64,000 nucleotides of DNA. Origin: Macrostomum lignano (taxonomy: Eukaryota). Position 1 is the stretch's first letter; each line of letters begins with the position of its first letter. Position numbers and translations under genes: made by a program. A model generated the notes under the pieces. That model was not told where the DNA came from and did no database searches. It saw only the letters and a program-made list of their open reading frames with translations. The DNA lies in assembly GCA_002269645.1 (NCBI GenBank), contig NIVC01000869.1:1-64000 (forward strand), written 5' to 3'. Below are positions 22,966 to 35,333 of this stretch, in pieces.

Positions 22966-23539
22966 CCGTAGACAGCCTATCAAAGTAATTTATCGCAGAA
23001 GTTTATGTTTTTAGATCAGTTCTTTAAAAGGAACAAAGAGGGGTTCTAAAAACTTAGTTTGTAGCATAGATATTATATTCCCTAGATAGGCAACTTTGTA
23101 TTGTGGCAATAGGGAAAGCGCGACCGCTGTTTTTCGTCACTTGTGCAAAAAAAGCCGACATGGGTTGCTTTAATTTTGAGTTCACTAGCTTAGGGACATA
23201 AACACTCTTTTGAGAATTTGATACAACTCTCAGGAAGTTAAATAAAAAGCTACTCAATAAAACAAATAAGGATGCATGAACTGCAGAGACTACTGACCAA
23301 ATTGAGTTCAGTAGTTGATTTTTGCGCTGTCGCGAGTTTGCAGAATTTCTGACACGGGCTTCTACAGCCTCACAAGTGGTTAATGAGTGACCCATCTTGT
23401 GTAATGTGATCTGTGGCCTGCAGTTCCTGGTACGTATAACTGAGTGCTTATCTGTCTATGGTAAAATCTGTCAAGGAAGAGCGCTGAGTAGAAAGTTTTG
23501 CTGGTCAGCCGGCGTCAACTCTTGCCCCATCCTCAGGTT

Positions 23540-26500
23540 ATGTCGAAATACGAGTAAAGCTCTCCCTCGGCAGCTTAGAGACGGATGGAAGCCCCCGACG
23601 TATCGAAACCGCGACTGCTGCAAAAGCCGAACGATTCGCAGCGCTCCGATGGCTCATTGTCCAAGAGCACACGGTCTGCTACGAAGCCGTTGCGGCGGAG
23701 CCAGCGGGACCTCAGCGACACGACGGACGATGAAATTGACGACCTGCCCAGCAAGGAATTGCGGCGGACCCGGCGGGCGGACCGGTCCGGCTCCAGCGAG
23801 TCGGTGAAAAGTGAGAGACGTTTGCAGCTTTCGGAGACTGTGGGCTCTGTGGTGTTAAATTGAATATTGAATCAGTTCTGCTTGAAGTTGGAGTTTCTTC
23901 ATGAGCAGCTCAGCGATGAGAGACGCATGTTCGATAAAGGTTTAAATATACGAGTAAGCAAGGACCGCACAACTGAGGGAAAATAAGACAACGAAAGACA
24001 TTCAAGTACGAGTACTTCAACTGATTTCAGGGTCTTCTTCTTTTCTTCTGATTCTTTACTTCTTAAAAATCATCCAGTCAGTCTATAATTGAGTTTTCTT
24101 TCAAATTCACAATTTTATAAATTTTCAAGCTCGGCATTCTAGTATGGGACGCATATGAATATCGCGAGTATTTGGTACCCTTTCGCAAGGAAACTCGGTG
24201 ATAGTGCCTGACGCACTCGGCAACCAGATGCCCAGTGACGATTACCGTATCCAGTTTTTCAAGGAGCTGGACTACTGCAGCCTGCTGCAGATGCAGCCGG
24301 TGACGCGCGAGCTGCTCTCCGGATGCAGCGGCGTTAACGGGAAACTCAGCGCCACTGGGGACGATGCTTACAAGCAGAACAAGGTAGAGTTCACTACCAG
24401 GTGAGTCACTGCTTTTGAATCGGCAGGGGTGTTTTAGGTGCCATAGTTATTAATTAGGTTTCCTGAGCTGCTCTAACGCTCGTATCTAAAATAGAATTTG
24501 TAGAGAGCTGGCACGAACAAGAGTAGAGGTTGAGAGAGTTTCCATGGGCAGTAAAACGACATGCAAGGCTTTATTGTCCTTTTACCTCAAAGCATGTCAG
24601 TTTACAGCAATATTTGGAAGCAGCTGCTATGCGAAACCAGAAAAGCGTCAGCTTTAAAAGTGCACGGTCTGGAAAAAGCTTCTTACCGCGAAACCATCTT
24701 TTTCGCATGAGCGCACTCCAAGTCCAGTTCATTCTAGTCTTTCAACGCAATCCCTCAGGCCGACTCGCAGTCAGCACCGGTTCAGCCGGGTGCGGCCGCT
24801 GCACGTGTGTGCAGAGCACAGCTTTGTCTGCTTTCGCTGCAACGGAGACCTGGTGGCAGCGACGCCGAACTCCGTACTGGTGTACGACAGGCCGCCGGCC
24901 GCTTGCGAGCTGAGCTACAAGGAGCCGCTGTACAGCATCCCGATCAGCGGGGTGAGCATGGCGGCTGACCTCAGCCACAGCCGCATCCTGGTGCTGCGGC
25001 AGGGCAGTTATATGGCTTCTGATGAGGTTTGTCTGCAGCCATCTATGTAATAAATTTTCTTTAATGGGATTTGCAGAGGAGGTGCGCGATAAAACAGAAA
25101 AAAATTATCAGAGACTTTAAGAACTACTGTTTATACTAGCACAAAAACAGTGCTGCATCGTCTTGACTTAGCTTAGGGTTCATGGTCCTAAAGACAAATG
25201 GATTCGGTAGCCCTAAATGCTTCCTTTATCAATGAGTAGCAGCCGAAAAACGATGGCTCCTTTCGCCCTCCCATCAGCGAGCGGCAGACGAGCTGCTGAT
25301 GGCAGAAGTGGCCACAGGCGACACCCAGTTGATGGCGAAGATCGCCCTGCCTCAGTATTCGATACTGCGCAGCAAGTCCGACGACCACCTGCTGATGCGG
25401 GAGACGGCCTGTAGGCGAGGTGAAGCCACAAATTAAGACTTGTTTCTTGCACGAGCTACCATTTTTTTTACTTGTGAGAGTATTGTATAAGAAAATAACA
25501 CGTTTCTTTCTCTTTTACAGAAGTTACTAGTCATAAGGCACACCTAGACTGTAGATCATACCAAACTCATTTTGCGTGTTAGATGATAACTAATCAAGAA
25601 ATTTTAACTTCAAAGTACGCCAGCTTAGTTCTGGACAGTCTGTCTTATTCGCGCCTTGCGAGTGCTCGAGACTGAGATTTAGTATGAAAAAGAAACAAAG
25701 TCAACTTACATGTAGACAGCAAAAGCCCATTAAAAGCAGGGCAGGCACCGGTTCTCCAGACTATTGACCAGTTTAGTTATCAGCAGTTTACTGTTCAACA
25801 TGCAAAACGGTTTCCAGATGGGGCCGAGTGCCGCGGAATGCAAGTCAACCAGACTGAACACAAAGTTTATCTGCTTTACGAGCACCACCTGCTGGTTATT
25901 GACCTGGACATGCAACTGGAGCCATTGGTGATCCGGCTGAACTGTCAGAGCAGCTATGTGAGTTTTTTTAATTTGCTCATTCTTAGCAGATAAAAAAAGT
26001 GTTGGTACTATAAAACCAATCCACATGCAGTTGAACTTGGCGATTGCGGTCAGGGAAGGCCGGTTCACATTATCGCCAGCACGAGCTCGTTACTCCAAAG
26101 ATTGCTCAAATCAAATTTAATGTTTGTTTGAACCAACTGTATATTGATTTGACCTCGGTAAAACTGGACCTTTAAGGCTGATTCACATCACCCCCAGTAG
26201 CTCTGGGGGCCAAAGATTGCTCAAATCAATGTGCAGTTGGTTCAGACCCTTTTTAAACTTGATCTTTTTAACTGAAATTTTTTAACTTTTTAAAACTTGA
26301 ATTTGATTTGTTTGTTTGAGCAATTTTTTACCTGCATAGTTACTATCGGCAGTGTGAACTTTTAGGACCGGTTAATGGTAAATTTTCACTCAACAGCTTC
26401 AACTCCACTGTGTACGCAGCAGTTTGAAGCCAGATCAGAACTCAGAGAAGTTAGAAGGCTTAAGCTCCGGCGTACACAGTGAAAGGGTTGAAGTTATTGC

Positions 26501-28560
26501 AGTAAAGCAATGCAAGCACACTAATGTACATATTAACTATTGAGTGGCTGAGAGAATTGCAGCTTGAGAAATACTAAGCTTGAGACTGGGTTACAGCATA
26601 CTTTCCGCGACACCATAGAACTTTCTCCCTACGACCTCCGAAAATCTCGGTGGCCCTGCCGTCGCCCTGATGGAATTCGACCACGCAGTCTACGTGCTGA
26701 CGGCTGGATCGCTGCTCCTCGCCTCCAACAAGACCAGTCTGTTCAGCCCTAGCCCAAGCGCCTGCTGCCTGCCGGTGCTGCAGCGACTCGACGACCGCCT
26801 GGCAGCTGGAGAAATTCGCAGTTGCGTGGTGGACCGGCGCCAGGCCACAGCTTTTTTCAGCGTGCCGCACGGCTGCAAGCTGATCAGCCTGGCCTTCCCT
26901 GTGCCTCCGAGTGACAGTGAGGCGGCCAGCGCTGCCACCTCGGGCTGCCCCGTGCTGCAGGAACGCCTGTACGCTGTTGCGAGCTGCTCTGATGGGGCCG
27001 CGGCTGTGCCATGTAAGACATCCCGTGGTTAACATCATAATACTCAGTGGTGTGGTGTATCGCCTGACGCTAAAGGCCTTCATAACTTGCGGTGAAGATG
27101 AGCTGAAGCTGACCGATGTGAAATGTTGTTATAAAAATGCCGTGATTCAATAGTGAAAGAACACGGAGAAAACGAGTATTGCGCGAGCAATTAAGAGGAA
27201 TAATTTGATCCGTAATTTATTAAAAACTCAAAAATTCTATGCCGATGCATTTTGACCAGTTCGGTCATCTTCAGGGCAGCTTTTAAAGAAGACAGTAAGT
27301 TATATTCGTACATGTTTAATAACAACACGATTTACAGTATAATTTGTGCAACAAAAGTTAGGCTGGATAGAAGAGGGGCAGATAGAGAAAATAGGGTGCA
27401 ATAGTGTACACCCCAACCCAGAGCACGTTGAGTTAACGGCTGGCACCCCCGTAGCTAACTGACAGTTCAAATTAGGTTTTTCCGAGCTTTAACTGTTCAA
27501 AAAGAGTCTCAGCGTTCAGCTCCGGATCAATTTTTGCATTGAGGTGTCTCAGGATGTCTGCAGCTTGAAGTCCCATTTCCCTCTACCGCTTACTGCAGGT
27601 GTCGTTAATACGAGGGGTGTCCCAAAAGTCGGTGCACTTTCTTTTCTACAGCCTTTTCTGACCGATCAGAAATATTTATTTTGTAGCAGTTAACAAGAGA
27701 ATTATCTGCCCGTTAAAATGAGTTTCTGTTTATTTCTGTATCTGCTGGCATTCTTGAGATATGAGCACTTTTCTGCCCAACCCCTGGGCTACTTCTACAA
27801 ATTGCCATAGACTACGAGCGTAAAGCTTTGTACCTGATGCACGAAACAACGAAACATTCAACGAATCAACAAAACATCCGCAACATGAAAGCTGAGGAAA
27901 GAACATTCAAAGTTAATCATCAACATCATCAACATCAACATCGGTCAGAAAAGGCTGTAGCGAAGAAAGTGCACCGACTTTTGGAACACCCCTCGTAAGT
28001 TTCAGTGCTCTGAAGATCAGATTCTCCTATATAGTGAAAATCAAGCGACACCTGTACACTAGGATTAAGGAGCATTGGACTATGAGTAAAAGATCAGCAA
28101 TCCAAGAACACCTGCTCACTCACGTGTGATTCGTGAGAACGGTCGCAATTTCTATGCTCCAATAACTTCATTTCCCAAAACTCTAGCTGAGAAATACGAG
28201 CGTAGATTTAAAAAACCTTTTCTAATTATTTAAGAGCTAATATTGGGTGCAAATTTGAAGTGCCTAAATATTGCAACTCAACACTTTCTTGCAGCTGCTA
28301 TGGCTTGGGACCCCACCACTGAGCACCTGCTGGTGCTGGAGTGGGGCTCCGAGAACAACGGCGTCCTCATCACCGTGGATTTCTCACCCGACGATGGAAT
28401 CAGCAGCTCCAGACCGGATCGAGAAACCCCGCAGTCCGAGGCGTGGTTGCTGCAGCGGACTTCTGAGAAGCTGCCCGTTGTGAAGACCTTTGGTCCGCAG
28501 GTGCTGAACCCGATGGCGCAGCGGCTGGGTCTGAAGATCTCAGGGGGTCATGCCTGCTGA
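23540..28560 (+). CDS. Unidentified multi-exon gene (approximate exons 23.54-23.80, 24.19-24.40, 24.78-25.03, 25.2-25.42, 26.65-27.01 and 28.30-28.56 kb)
   Basis: GC-rich open segments bounded by AG/GT in AT-rich flanks, e.g. MEFDHAVYVLTAGSLLLASNKTSLF and AMAWDPTTEHLLVLEWG. No family recognised and boundaries are approximate. Confidence 0.5.
27611..27995. mobile_element. Tc1/mariner-type MITE (385 bp)
   Basis: About 55-bp TIRs (CGAGGGGTGTCCCAAAAGTCGGTGCACTTT and its complement) flanked by a TA TSD on both sides. Confidence 0.9.
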
Positions 28561-29715
28561 GTCACAATGGAATTCGACTCCAGTGCCAGCGACCGATCGA
28601 CTGACTACCGTTGTTTAGGATTTATCTGTCTCATTGTTTCTATTCTCCCGTTAAACGCGTATATATCATACACCCCATGATTATTTTGAACCAATGCAGT
28701 TCCACAGGATCAGATAAACAGTTTTACTCATTCGCTGAAAGTAATAAAATCTTCTAGTTAAAGTTAAAAAACGATTAATCCTCCCGAACCCAAAGAACCC
28801 AAAAAAATTGCTGTCTATTTTAGTACTCTAAATTTAAATTCTGTAAGCAAGGAAGAAGCCCAAGCGTGCCGTCAAACACAGGCGAATCTAACACTGGAAC
28901 GATTTTAGAACGTGATGTAACCGCCCTTGACGTCCGTCCGCTCCACTCGGAGGCGAACGTATGACCATAGGGGGCAATGACCGTAGGCTGCCGATGACCG
29001 GGCAATGACCTGACGGACCTCCAGCACCAGACAGTCCCGCCCACATGATTTATAGCTTTGGTGACCAGAGGGCCAAGGACCCACATGGACCCACCTGTAG
29101 CCAAGGTGCAATAGTTGGTCACTCGGTCATAGCATGACCGAGTGGCCGCCACCACTCCATGTGACCTGGCGCACCTGGATCTTACTACCAGACCTCTCGA
29201 GGCTAGAGCCCCGCCTGGATTGGTTACTAGGGGATTTAGGCTAACAGGGGAGACGCATGCAGCCGATCGAGTACAGGGACTCTGCTTGGAGCATGATCGG
29301 GAACTCTGGGCTCAATCTGGAGGATTTCTCAGCAGGGGATCCTTTGTGGCTGTGAACGAGGCGGACTTACGGTTTCAATTACTAAGAGTAGTGTGAGGCG
29401 AACATGTACTAGCTATAGTTTAGATTGCTCAGGGCGAAGGGACGCGTAAGCATGGGGTTGCAACCTTCCTACTGCCATTCTGTGCCAAGACCCGCTACTT
29501 CCCTCTACTACACGCACACGCGGACCCGCAGCATGCACACACAGGCGGGATTTGTACGGGGAGAGGCCACTAGCTTACCCAAATGCTTTTCCACCCAGGG
29601 GGGTGCTTTACGAACCAAAGTTCAATCTTAAGATCAAACTTAGGATTGAGTTTAGGATCGACGTGTTCTATGAAGATAAAAGTCGATCTTAGCTGGGATC
29701 CAACTTAGGTCTAAC

Positions 29716-31111
29716 CAAAGAGTATTGAGGTCGCCTAGTATAGAGTGCCAATAAGGATGAAAATCTGAAGCCGATTTTTAGAATCCACCCACCCCCTCCG
29801 GTCACCAAGCTGTTTAGTCTATGGCACAAGTTGTGGCTAGAATGGTGTACAAAGCCGATGCTCAGAAATATACATAGAGTGCATGAGAAAAATACAAGTA
29901 GCTAATGTAGCTGGACGAATACCATGTATGCTTAAAACATCCTCAAGACTTTATTTCTGTATCTATACTGTAACCGTACGTACGATGATTGCATTGTGTA
30001 AGGAGAAAAGATGTTGAGCAGGATTCTTGCAGCAGAGTCAGAAAGACAAAAGCATAAGTAATAAACAGGCAGAGTAAAGGTGCAGCAGTGGGAAAAGCAA
30101 AAAACAAAAGTAATAAACCTGCAGAGCGAAAGAAAACAGTACTATGAGCAAATAAGCAGGAAGTAATGTAGCAAACATGTCAAGTAAGAGAGGAGATGAG
30201 TCATAGCCTCGATCGCCAGAAGAATATCAAAAAATTCATGAAGATTATTGTTCTGTGCAACCGATTCCGCACAGATAGACCATGAAGCTTGTCGCGACTG
30301 GCCTTTTCGATGTGTTTAGAACGCAGGAGGAAAACGAATTCGGCAAAGAAGGAAATTAGCTGCGGTCCGTGGTTGTTGCTTAAACTGTTGCAGGTCAGTG
30401 AGTCAATGAGTTGCAAGTCCATTGCTCGCCACTCTCTCAGACGATCGACTTCCTTGAAAGGCAGACGAAAGAAGGATACAGATGCATCAGAAACGCAGTT
30501 ATTGCAATTAGCTACCGCGCACTTTAGTGGCATGGCTGTTGTTGTTCAGACGTAAGGGCTATATGGCATGGCTGTTACGGAGTTGTGTATCGACGACGGC
30601 AACTGAGTCTGGTGACTGAGCGATGTTGTCTTGCTTATTTGATACATGTGGCGGCCAGACTGTACGCGACCGGCAGCACCAGTGCAGCCGCACTGGAAAC
30701 CCCCCAACCTCTGCCTAGCTGAGGTGGGGTGGTTGCGCACCGCGCTAGCCGGCTCGCTAAGCCAGGGGGTTGGCGTAGCCAATCACGCCACGCCACCTGT
30801 TTCGCACCTCCCTTGCCTTGGCCCCTCAATCTGGCGTTGTTTGTAAATATATAAATACCCGCGCAAAGCAGCACAAACTCTTTGCTGCCATTCCATCTAT
30901 TGAAACAAAAAGGCCTTCCGCCTCATACATGCATTTTCTAAGTGTGAAATGTCTTATATTTCTGAGCATCGGCTTTGTACACCATTCTAGCCACAACTTG
31001 TGCCATAGACTAAAAAGCTTGGTGACCGGAGGGGGTGGGTGGATTCTAAAAATCGGCTTCCGATTTTCATCCTTATTGGCACTCTATACTAGGCGACCTC
31101 AATACTCTTTG
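29716..31111. mobile_element. Non-autonomous P-superfamily element with THAP remnant
   Basis: Long TIRs (about 160 bp, starting CAAAGAGTATTGAGGTCGCC) and an 8-bp TSD GGTCTAAC/GGTCTGAC (7 of 8 match). Confidence 0.8.
30201..30533 (-). pseudogene. Truncated THAP-domain ORF
   Basis: MPLKCAVANC...SFFRLP.....LREW matches the first half of a THAP domain; the distal C/H ligands are absent. Confidence 0.65.
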
Positions 31112-31540
31112 GGTCTGACCTAAGGGAAGATAAGATCGAACTTACGACTGGTGCGTTTTATCAAGAGAGACTGTCTATGACCAAAACTTTCATGGTCAAT
31201 CTTAACTTTAGGACACATCTAGAGTTGTCCTAAGTTTCAAGTCGCTATCTGAACAGCAAGAGCCGATCTTTTGGAATAAAATGCTTGCCGTTTTAATTGC
31301 TCGTCGTGCGACCGAGAGGCAAAGGATTCCTCGGGTTTCTTTCAGTCAAAACAGTCAATATATGCAATGCATCGGTTTGCGCGAGCCCGCGAGGGCTAAC
31401 CGCTGTTAGTGCAAGGGGGGCTGTTTGGGTGCTGGCTGTCTGGTGGGGTGGTGGGTGCGTTGGTGCGTGCGCGTGCCTTTTTAGGCCGCCACCTTTGTGG
31501 CTGCGCGGGGTTGCTCGCGGTTGAATTTTTTTGCTGAATC

Positions 31541-32632
31541 ATGGCAGATAGCCTTGTACTGCCCGCAACTAACAAAGCGCTACGAGAAGCCCTTAGTGAG
31601 CGCGGCCTGCCTACTAATGGCAATAAGCAAGAGCTAACAAGTCGTCTAAAACTCAGCATTGCCAAGGAGCTTGAGCGGCAGGCGTTGGAGCAGGACAGAA
31701 GCTCATCTCGTCGTGCTCAAGATGACAAGACATCACCGACGAATGCGGGCGCACCCGAGCTAAGTCTGGCTCCACCTGAGGACGAGATGCTTCCGGCGGT
31801 GGGCGCCTCGGCCGAGGGTCGGGCGGCGACGGGAGGCGGTCTCGAGGATCAGCTGCGAGAGGCTGAACTGCGCATTCGGCTGCTGGACCTGAAAAAAAGA
31901 GAGGCTCAGCTCGAAGCCGAGCTCGCTGAAGCGCGTCACAGTGGCACGGCAGCTGCGAGAGAACGTGATCAGACTCCCGGTGAGTGGCATGATTTGGTTG
32001 GCGAGTGTATACTCGGGCAGGCTGGGGCTGCAACTTCGCATGCTCAGGCGCCGGCGGTGTACAGAGTCGTTGATTTTATCAGTGAGCGTAAGCGGAGACA
32101 AGGAAGCCAGTCTGTTGTGGGAGCGGCAAAGCCAGAGAGGTTGAGACACGTCAGTCCCGAGTCACTGTCGTTTGGCGATTTCATCTCCGGTAGCTGTAAC
32201 TTACTGGTGCAAATGCTGCGTGATGGCAAACTGCTGCGCATTGTTGATGGCAGAATCGATTCATCCGAGTTGATCGATCATCTCCGACATAACGCTAGAA
32301 TTGGTGACCTGCTAGATTTAGGCTTCGATCGCACTAAAGTCATGAGATATGATGACGAATGTCGGCTTCTCCAGCATGATGGAACGCGGTGGAGCGCTGT
32401 TAGCGCAGACCTGGGTCTGGTGGCAACACACTTGATGGCACCAACAAAAATGATAAATGCAACAGCGCCTAAAAAGCGAACGCAGCCACCTGTCTGTTTC
32501 GACTTCAACAGTCTTAGCGGCTGCAACAGAACTCACTGCCGCTTCGCCCATCAGTGCCGCAGGTGCTCACAGCCGCACTCTGAAGCCCGAGCCCACGCTG
32601 ATGGGGACCCGGGCCAATTTTCAAAAAACTAG
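31541..32632 (+). CDS. Ngaro ORF1 (gag-like) with SAP domain and CCCH-like finger
   Basis: LREALSERGLPTNGNKQELTSRL is SAP-like; CFDFNSLSGCNRTHCRFAHQCRRCSQPH is a C-terminal zinc finger. Confidence 0.8.
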   Translation: MADSLVLPATNKALREALSERGLPTNGNKQELTSRLKLSIAKELERQALEQDRSSSRRAQDDKTSPTNAGAPELSLAPPEDEMLPAVGASAEGRAATGGGLEDQLREAELRIRLLDLKKREAQLEAELAEARHSGTAAARERDQTPGEWHDLVGECILGQAGAATSHAQAPAVYRVVDFISERKRRQGSQSVVGAAKPERLRHVSPESLSFGDFISGSCNLLVQMLRDGKLLRIVDGRIDSSELIDHLRHNARIGDLLDLGFDRTKVMRYDDECRLLQHDGTRWSAVSADLGLVATHLMAPTKMINATAPKKRTQPPVCFDFNSLSGCNRTHCRFAHQCRRCSQPHSEARAHADGDPGQFSKN

Positions 32633-32640
32633 CGTGCGAG

Positions 32641-34539
32641 GTGGGGGCACAGGACTCAATGTCTGCCGTCGGGTCGCCCTCCTGTGCCCCCACGGGGGAG
32701 CTCCCCCTATGTGACCCGAGTTCAACTGAGTTGTCGAGCGACCTTGTGTTTGCGGTTTGGCGGGAAGAGCTGGCTGGGACCGAGATGCCGGAGGACCGTG
32801 TCAGGTTCGTGCTCGATGGTGTGAAGAATGGCTTTCGAATTACTAATAAAGTGATGGATTGTAAGAACCACACTGAGATGGCAAATCACAGATCAGCTAC
32901 CATTCACCAGCAAGCTGTTGAGGCCCAGGTGCGCCAGGAGCTCAAGCAGGACCGCTACAGGCGCTGCCAGGCAGGCAATCGGCCGCTCATCGTTAGTGCA
33001 CTTGGTGCGATCCCTAAGGCGGATTCGTCTTCCATCCGCCTTATTCACGACTGCAGCCTGCCAACTGGCGCCTCTGTGAATGATTTCTTTGAGTCGAAAC
33101 GGAAGTTGCGTTTTACTTCGGCCAGCAACTTTGCCTCGAAGCTGTACAGCGGCGCGTACATGTGCAAAGTGGATCTGTCGCAAGCATATCGTTCATGTGG
33201 TGTGCACCCTGATGACCACCGGGTCACAGGCATGAAGATTCAGCTCCAAGGCGAGGGCCAGCCAGTGTACCTGTACGACACGCGGCTCCCGTTTGGTGCT
33301 TCGGCTTCCGTCTTCTGCTTTTACGAGCTGAGCCAAGCTGTGCGTTTTATGATGTTGAAGCATGGTTTCTACGCTATGGAGGCCTACATGGATGACTTCG
33401 CCTTTTGTGGAGATCTGGAGTCCTGCTGGAAGTTCTACAACCATCTCATCGATCTGCTCGAGCGGCTAGGCTTCACCGTTAACCGTAGCAAGTGTGTTCC
33501 GCCGACAACGCGGATGACCTTTCTGGGCATTTTATTTGATAGCGTGGCAGGCCAGATGTCTCTTTCTGCCGAAAAAGTCCAAGACTTGTTGCATGTTTTA
33601 TCTCTCTGCTCTTCGAAGAAAAGGCTGTCAAAGTCGTGTTTGCAGAAGTTGATCGGCAAGTTAAACTGGGCGTCGCAAATTGTTCGGCACGGGAGAGTTT
33701 TCCTCCGACCTCTTATCGACATTGTTAACAAGCTGCATCGGCCTCATGACAGGGTTCTTGTTAGTCCCTCCATGGTGCACCACCTCTCCTGGTGGCGGTT
33801 GGCTTTGCAGCATCGCATCGGTGTTGGCCTGTGGACTTCGCCGAGGGCTTGTGTTGCCATAGAGACTGACTCGTCGTCTTCAGGCGCCGCGGCGGTGCTC
33901 CGTGACGGTGATGGGATTCGTGATTGGTGCTTTATTGACTGGCAGATCGACGCAAATGGTGTTTTTCAGAATTACTGCATCAATTACAAGGAGGCTGTGG
34001 TTATATTGCTGGCTGTTTTGAGATGGGGCCAATCCTTGGCTGGTTGTCGGCTTGCTGTGTACTGCGACAATGAGACGGCGTGTTGGATTCTAAGGCGAGG
34101 TGTCTCCAAGGACTCGCGTCTGATGTGGTTGCTGCAGTCTTTGGCGTTGCTCTGTCTGCGTTTTGACGTTGATTTTGAGGTCTTTCACGTTCCTGGTGCT
34201 TATCAGCTGTTTGCTGATGCAGGGTCCCGCCTGCACTCGCGTCATGAGTTGCTTAATTTTATTTTCCGTGTTTACGGGTCTGTACCAGTTTGCCCTGTGG
34301 AGTTTTCGGATCACGCGTTTTCTGTTTTTGCCTCCCGTTTTTTATTTTCACAGGCCGCCTCCCTGCAACGCCGACCCTCGGCGCCGCCGCCTCCAGCCTC
34401 CTCGCCGCAGCATACGCACCGCAGTCACGCAGGGCGATCTCATCGGCCGTCCGGTCCTGGCACAGCTTCTGCAACGAGAACGGGACCAACCCGGCTCGAT
34501 CCGACCGGTCGGTGCTACTCAACTACCTGGCTCACCTAG
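32641..34539 (+). CDS. Ngaro ORF2 reverse transcriptase/RNase H
   Basis: KVDLSQAYR, RLPFGAS, YMDDF, IETDSS and YCDNETA motifs in a 632-aa open frame, -1 relative to ORF1. Confidence 0.93.
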   Translation: MGAQDSMSAVGSPSCAPTGELPLCDPSSTELSSDLVFAVWREELAGTEMPEDRVRFVLDGVKNGFRITNKVMDCKNHTEMANHRSATIHQQAVEAQVRQELKQDRYRRCQAGNRPLIVSALGAIPKADSSSIRLIHDCSLPTGASVNDFFESKRKLRFTSASNFASKLYSGAYMCKVDLSQAYRSCGVHPDDHRVTGMKIQLQGEGQPVYLYDTRLPFGASASVFCFYELSQAVRFMMLKHGFYAMEAYMDDFAFCGDLESCWKFYNHLIDLLERLGFTVNRSKCVPPTTRMTFLGILFDSVAGQMSLSAEKVQDLLHVLSLCSSKKRLSKSCLQKLIGKLNWASQIVRHGRVFLRPLIDIVNKLHRPHDRVLVSPSMVHHLSWWRLALQHRIGVGLWTSPRACVAIETDSSSSGAAAVLRDGDGIRDWCFIDWQIDANGVFQNYCINYKEAVVILLAVLRWGQSLAGCRLAVYCDNETACWILRRGVSKDSRLMWLLQSLALLCLRFDVDFEVFHVPGAYQLFADAGSRLHSRHELLNFIFRVYGSVPVCPVEFSDHAFSVFASRFLFSQAASLQRRPSAPPPPASSPQHTHRSHAGRSHRPSGPGTASATRTGPTRLDPTGRCYSTTWLT

Positions 34540-35333
34540 TCGAATGCCGCCTGAGATCGTTCAACAGTCTGCGTGTCCATGTCAGTGCACTGTCCAGCTG
34601 GTTCAAAGCCTGTGGTGCTGAGGACCTAACAAAACACCACCTGGTCTCACTGCTCGTTCGCGGCGCTAAACGGAGGATGGGCCAGCGACCAAGACGGAAG
34701 CTGCCGATCTCGCCTGCGATGCTGCTGTCTGTGAAAAACCGGCTTAACTCGAGCAGTTCGCTTGACAGAGTCTGCTGGCTTGTGACGCTTATTGCTTGGT
34801 GGGGGATGTTTCGGCGCTCCAGTCTCCTGCCCAGCCAGCAGTCCGCTTCACCGATTTCCGTCTCAGCCTTTCAACGCCACCCGAAGGGGGTTGTGCTCTC
34901 TGTCAGTTATGGCAAAACGAATCAGTTCGGCGCGAAGCTGCACCGGGTGTTGCTTCCAAGGCTAAAAGAAGGACATCCGCTTTGCCCAGTGGCTGCGCTA
35001 GAGGGTCACCTCCGTGTCAGCAAGCTTGGCTGCAGGCAGCCTGTGTTCTCCTACCAGTTGGCGAGCGGATCCTCTGTTGTCCTGTCTGCCTCAAGATTCG
35101 ACAGGTTCCTCAAGCGCTGCCTAGCAACGGCTGAGCAGGACGCTCGTTCTTTCTCAGCGCACAGCCTGCGCAGAGGTGGTGCCACCTGGGCCTACCGTCT
35201 CGGACTATCTGTTCAAGAGGTGAAGTGCATCGGTGACTGGCGAAGTGATGCTGTGACTGCCTACCTTCCATCTGCTGATTCTGTGCGGGCTGGTTCGCGT
35301 TTTGCTGGTGCTTTTAACGAGAGTTGCCTTTGA
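34290..35333 (+). CDS. Ngaro ORF3 tyrosine recombinase
   Basis: WGMFRRS, KTNQ, HSLRRGGAT and GDWRSDAVTAY give the R-K-H-x-x-R-W-Y catalytic set; overlaps the end of ORF2. True start uncertain. Confidence 0.92.
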   Translation: MPCGVFGSRVFCFCLPFFIFTGRLPATPTLGAAASSLLAAAYAPQSRRAISSAVRSWHSFCNENGTNPARSDRSVLLNYLAHLVECRLRSFNSLRVHVSALSSWFKACGAEDLTKHHLVSLLVRGAKRRMGQRPRRKLPISPAMLLSVKNRLNSSSSLDRVCWLVTLIAWWGMFRRSSLLPSQQSASPISVSAFQRHPKGVVLSVSYGKTNQFGAKLHRVLLPRLKEGHPLCPVAALEGHLRVSKLGCRQPVFSYQLASGSSVVLSASRFDRFLKRCLATAEQDARSFSAHSLRRGGATWAYRLGLSVQEVKCIGDWRSDAVTAYLPSADSVRAGSRFAGAFNESCL

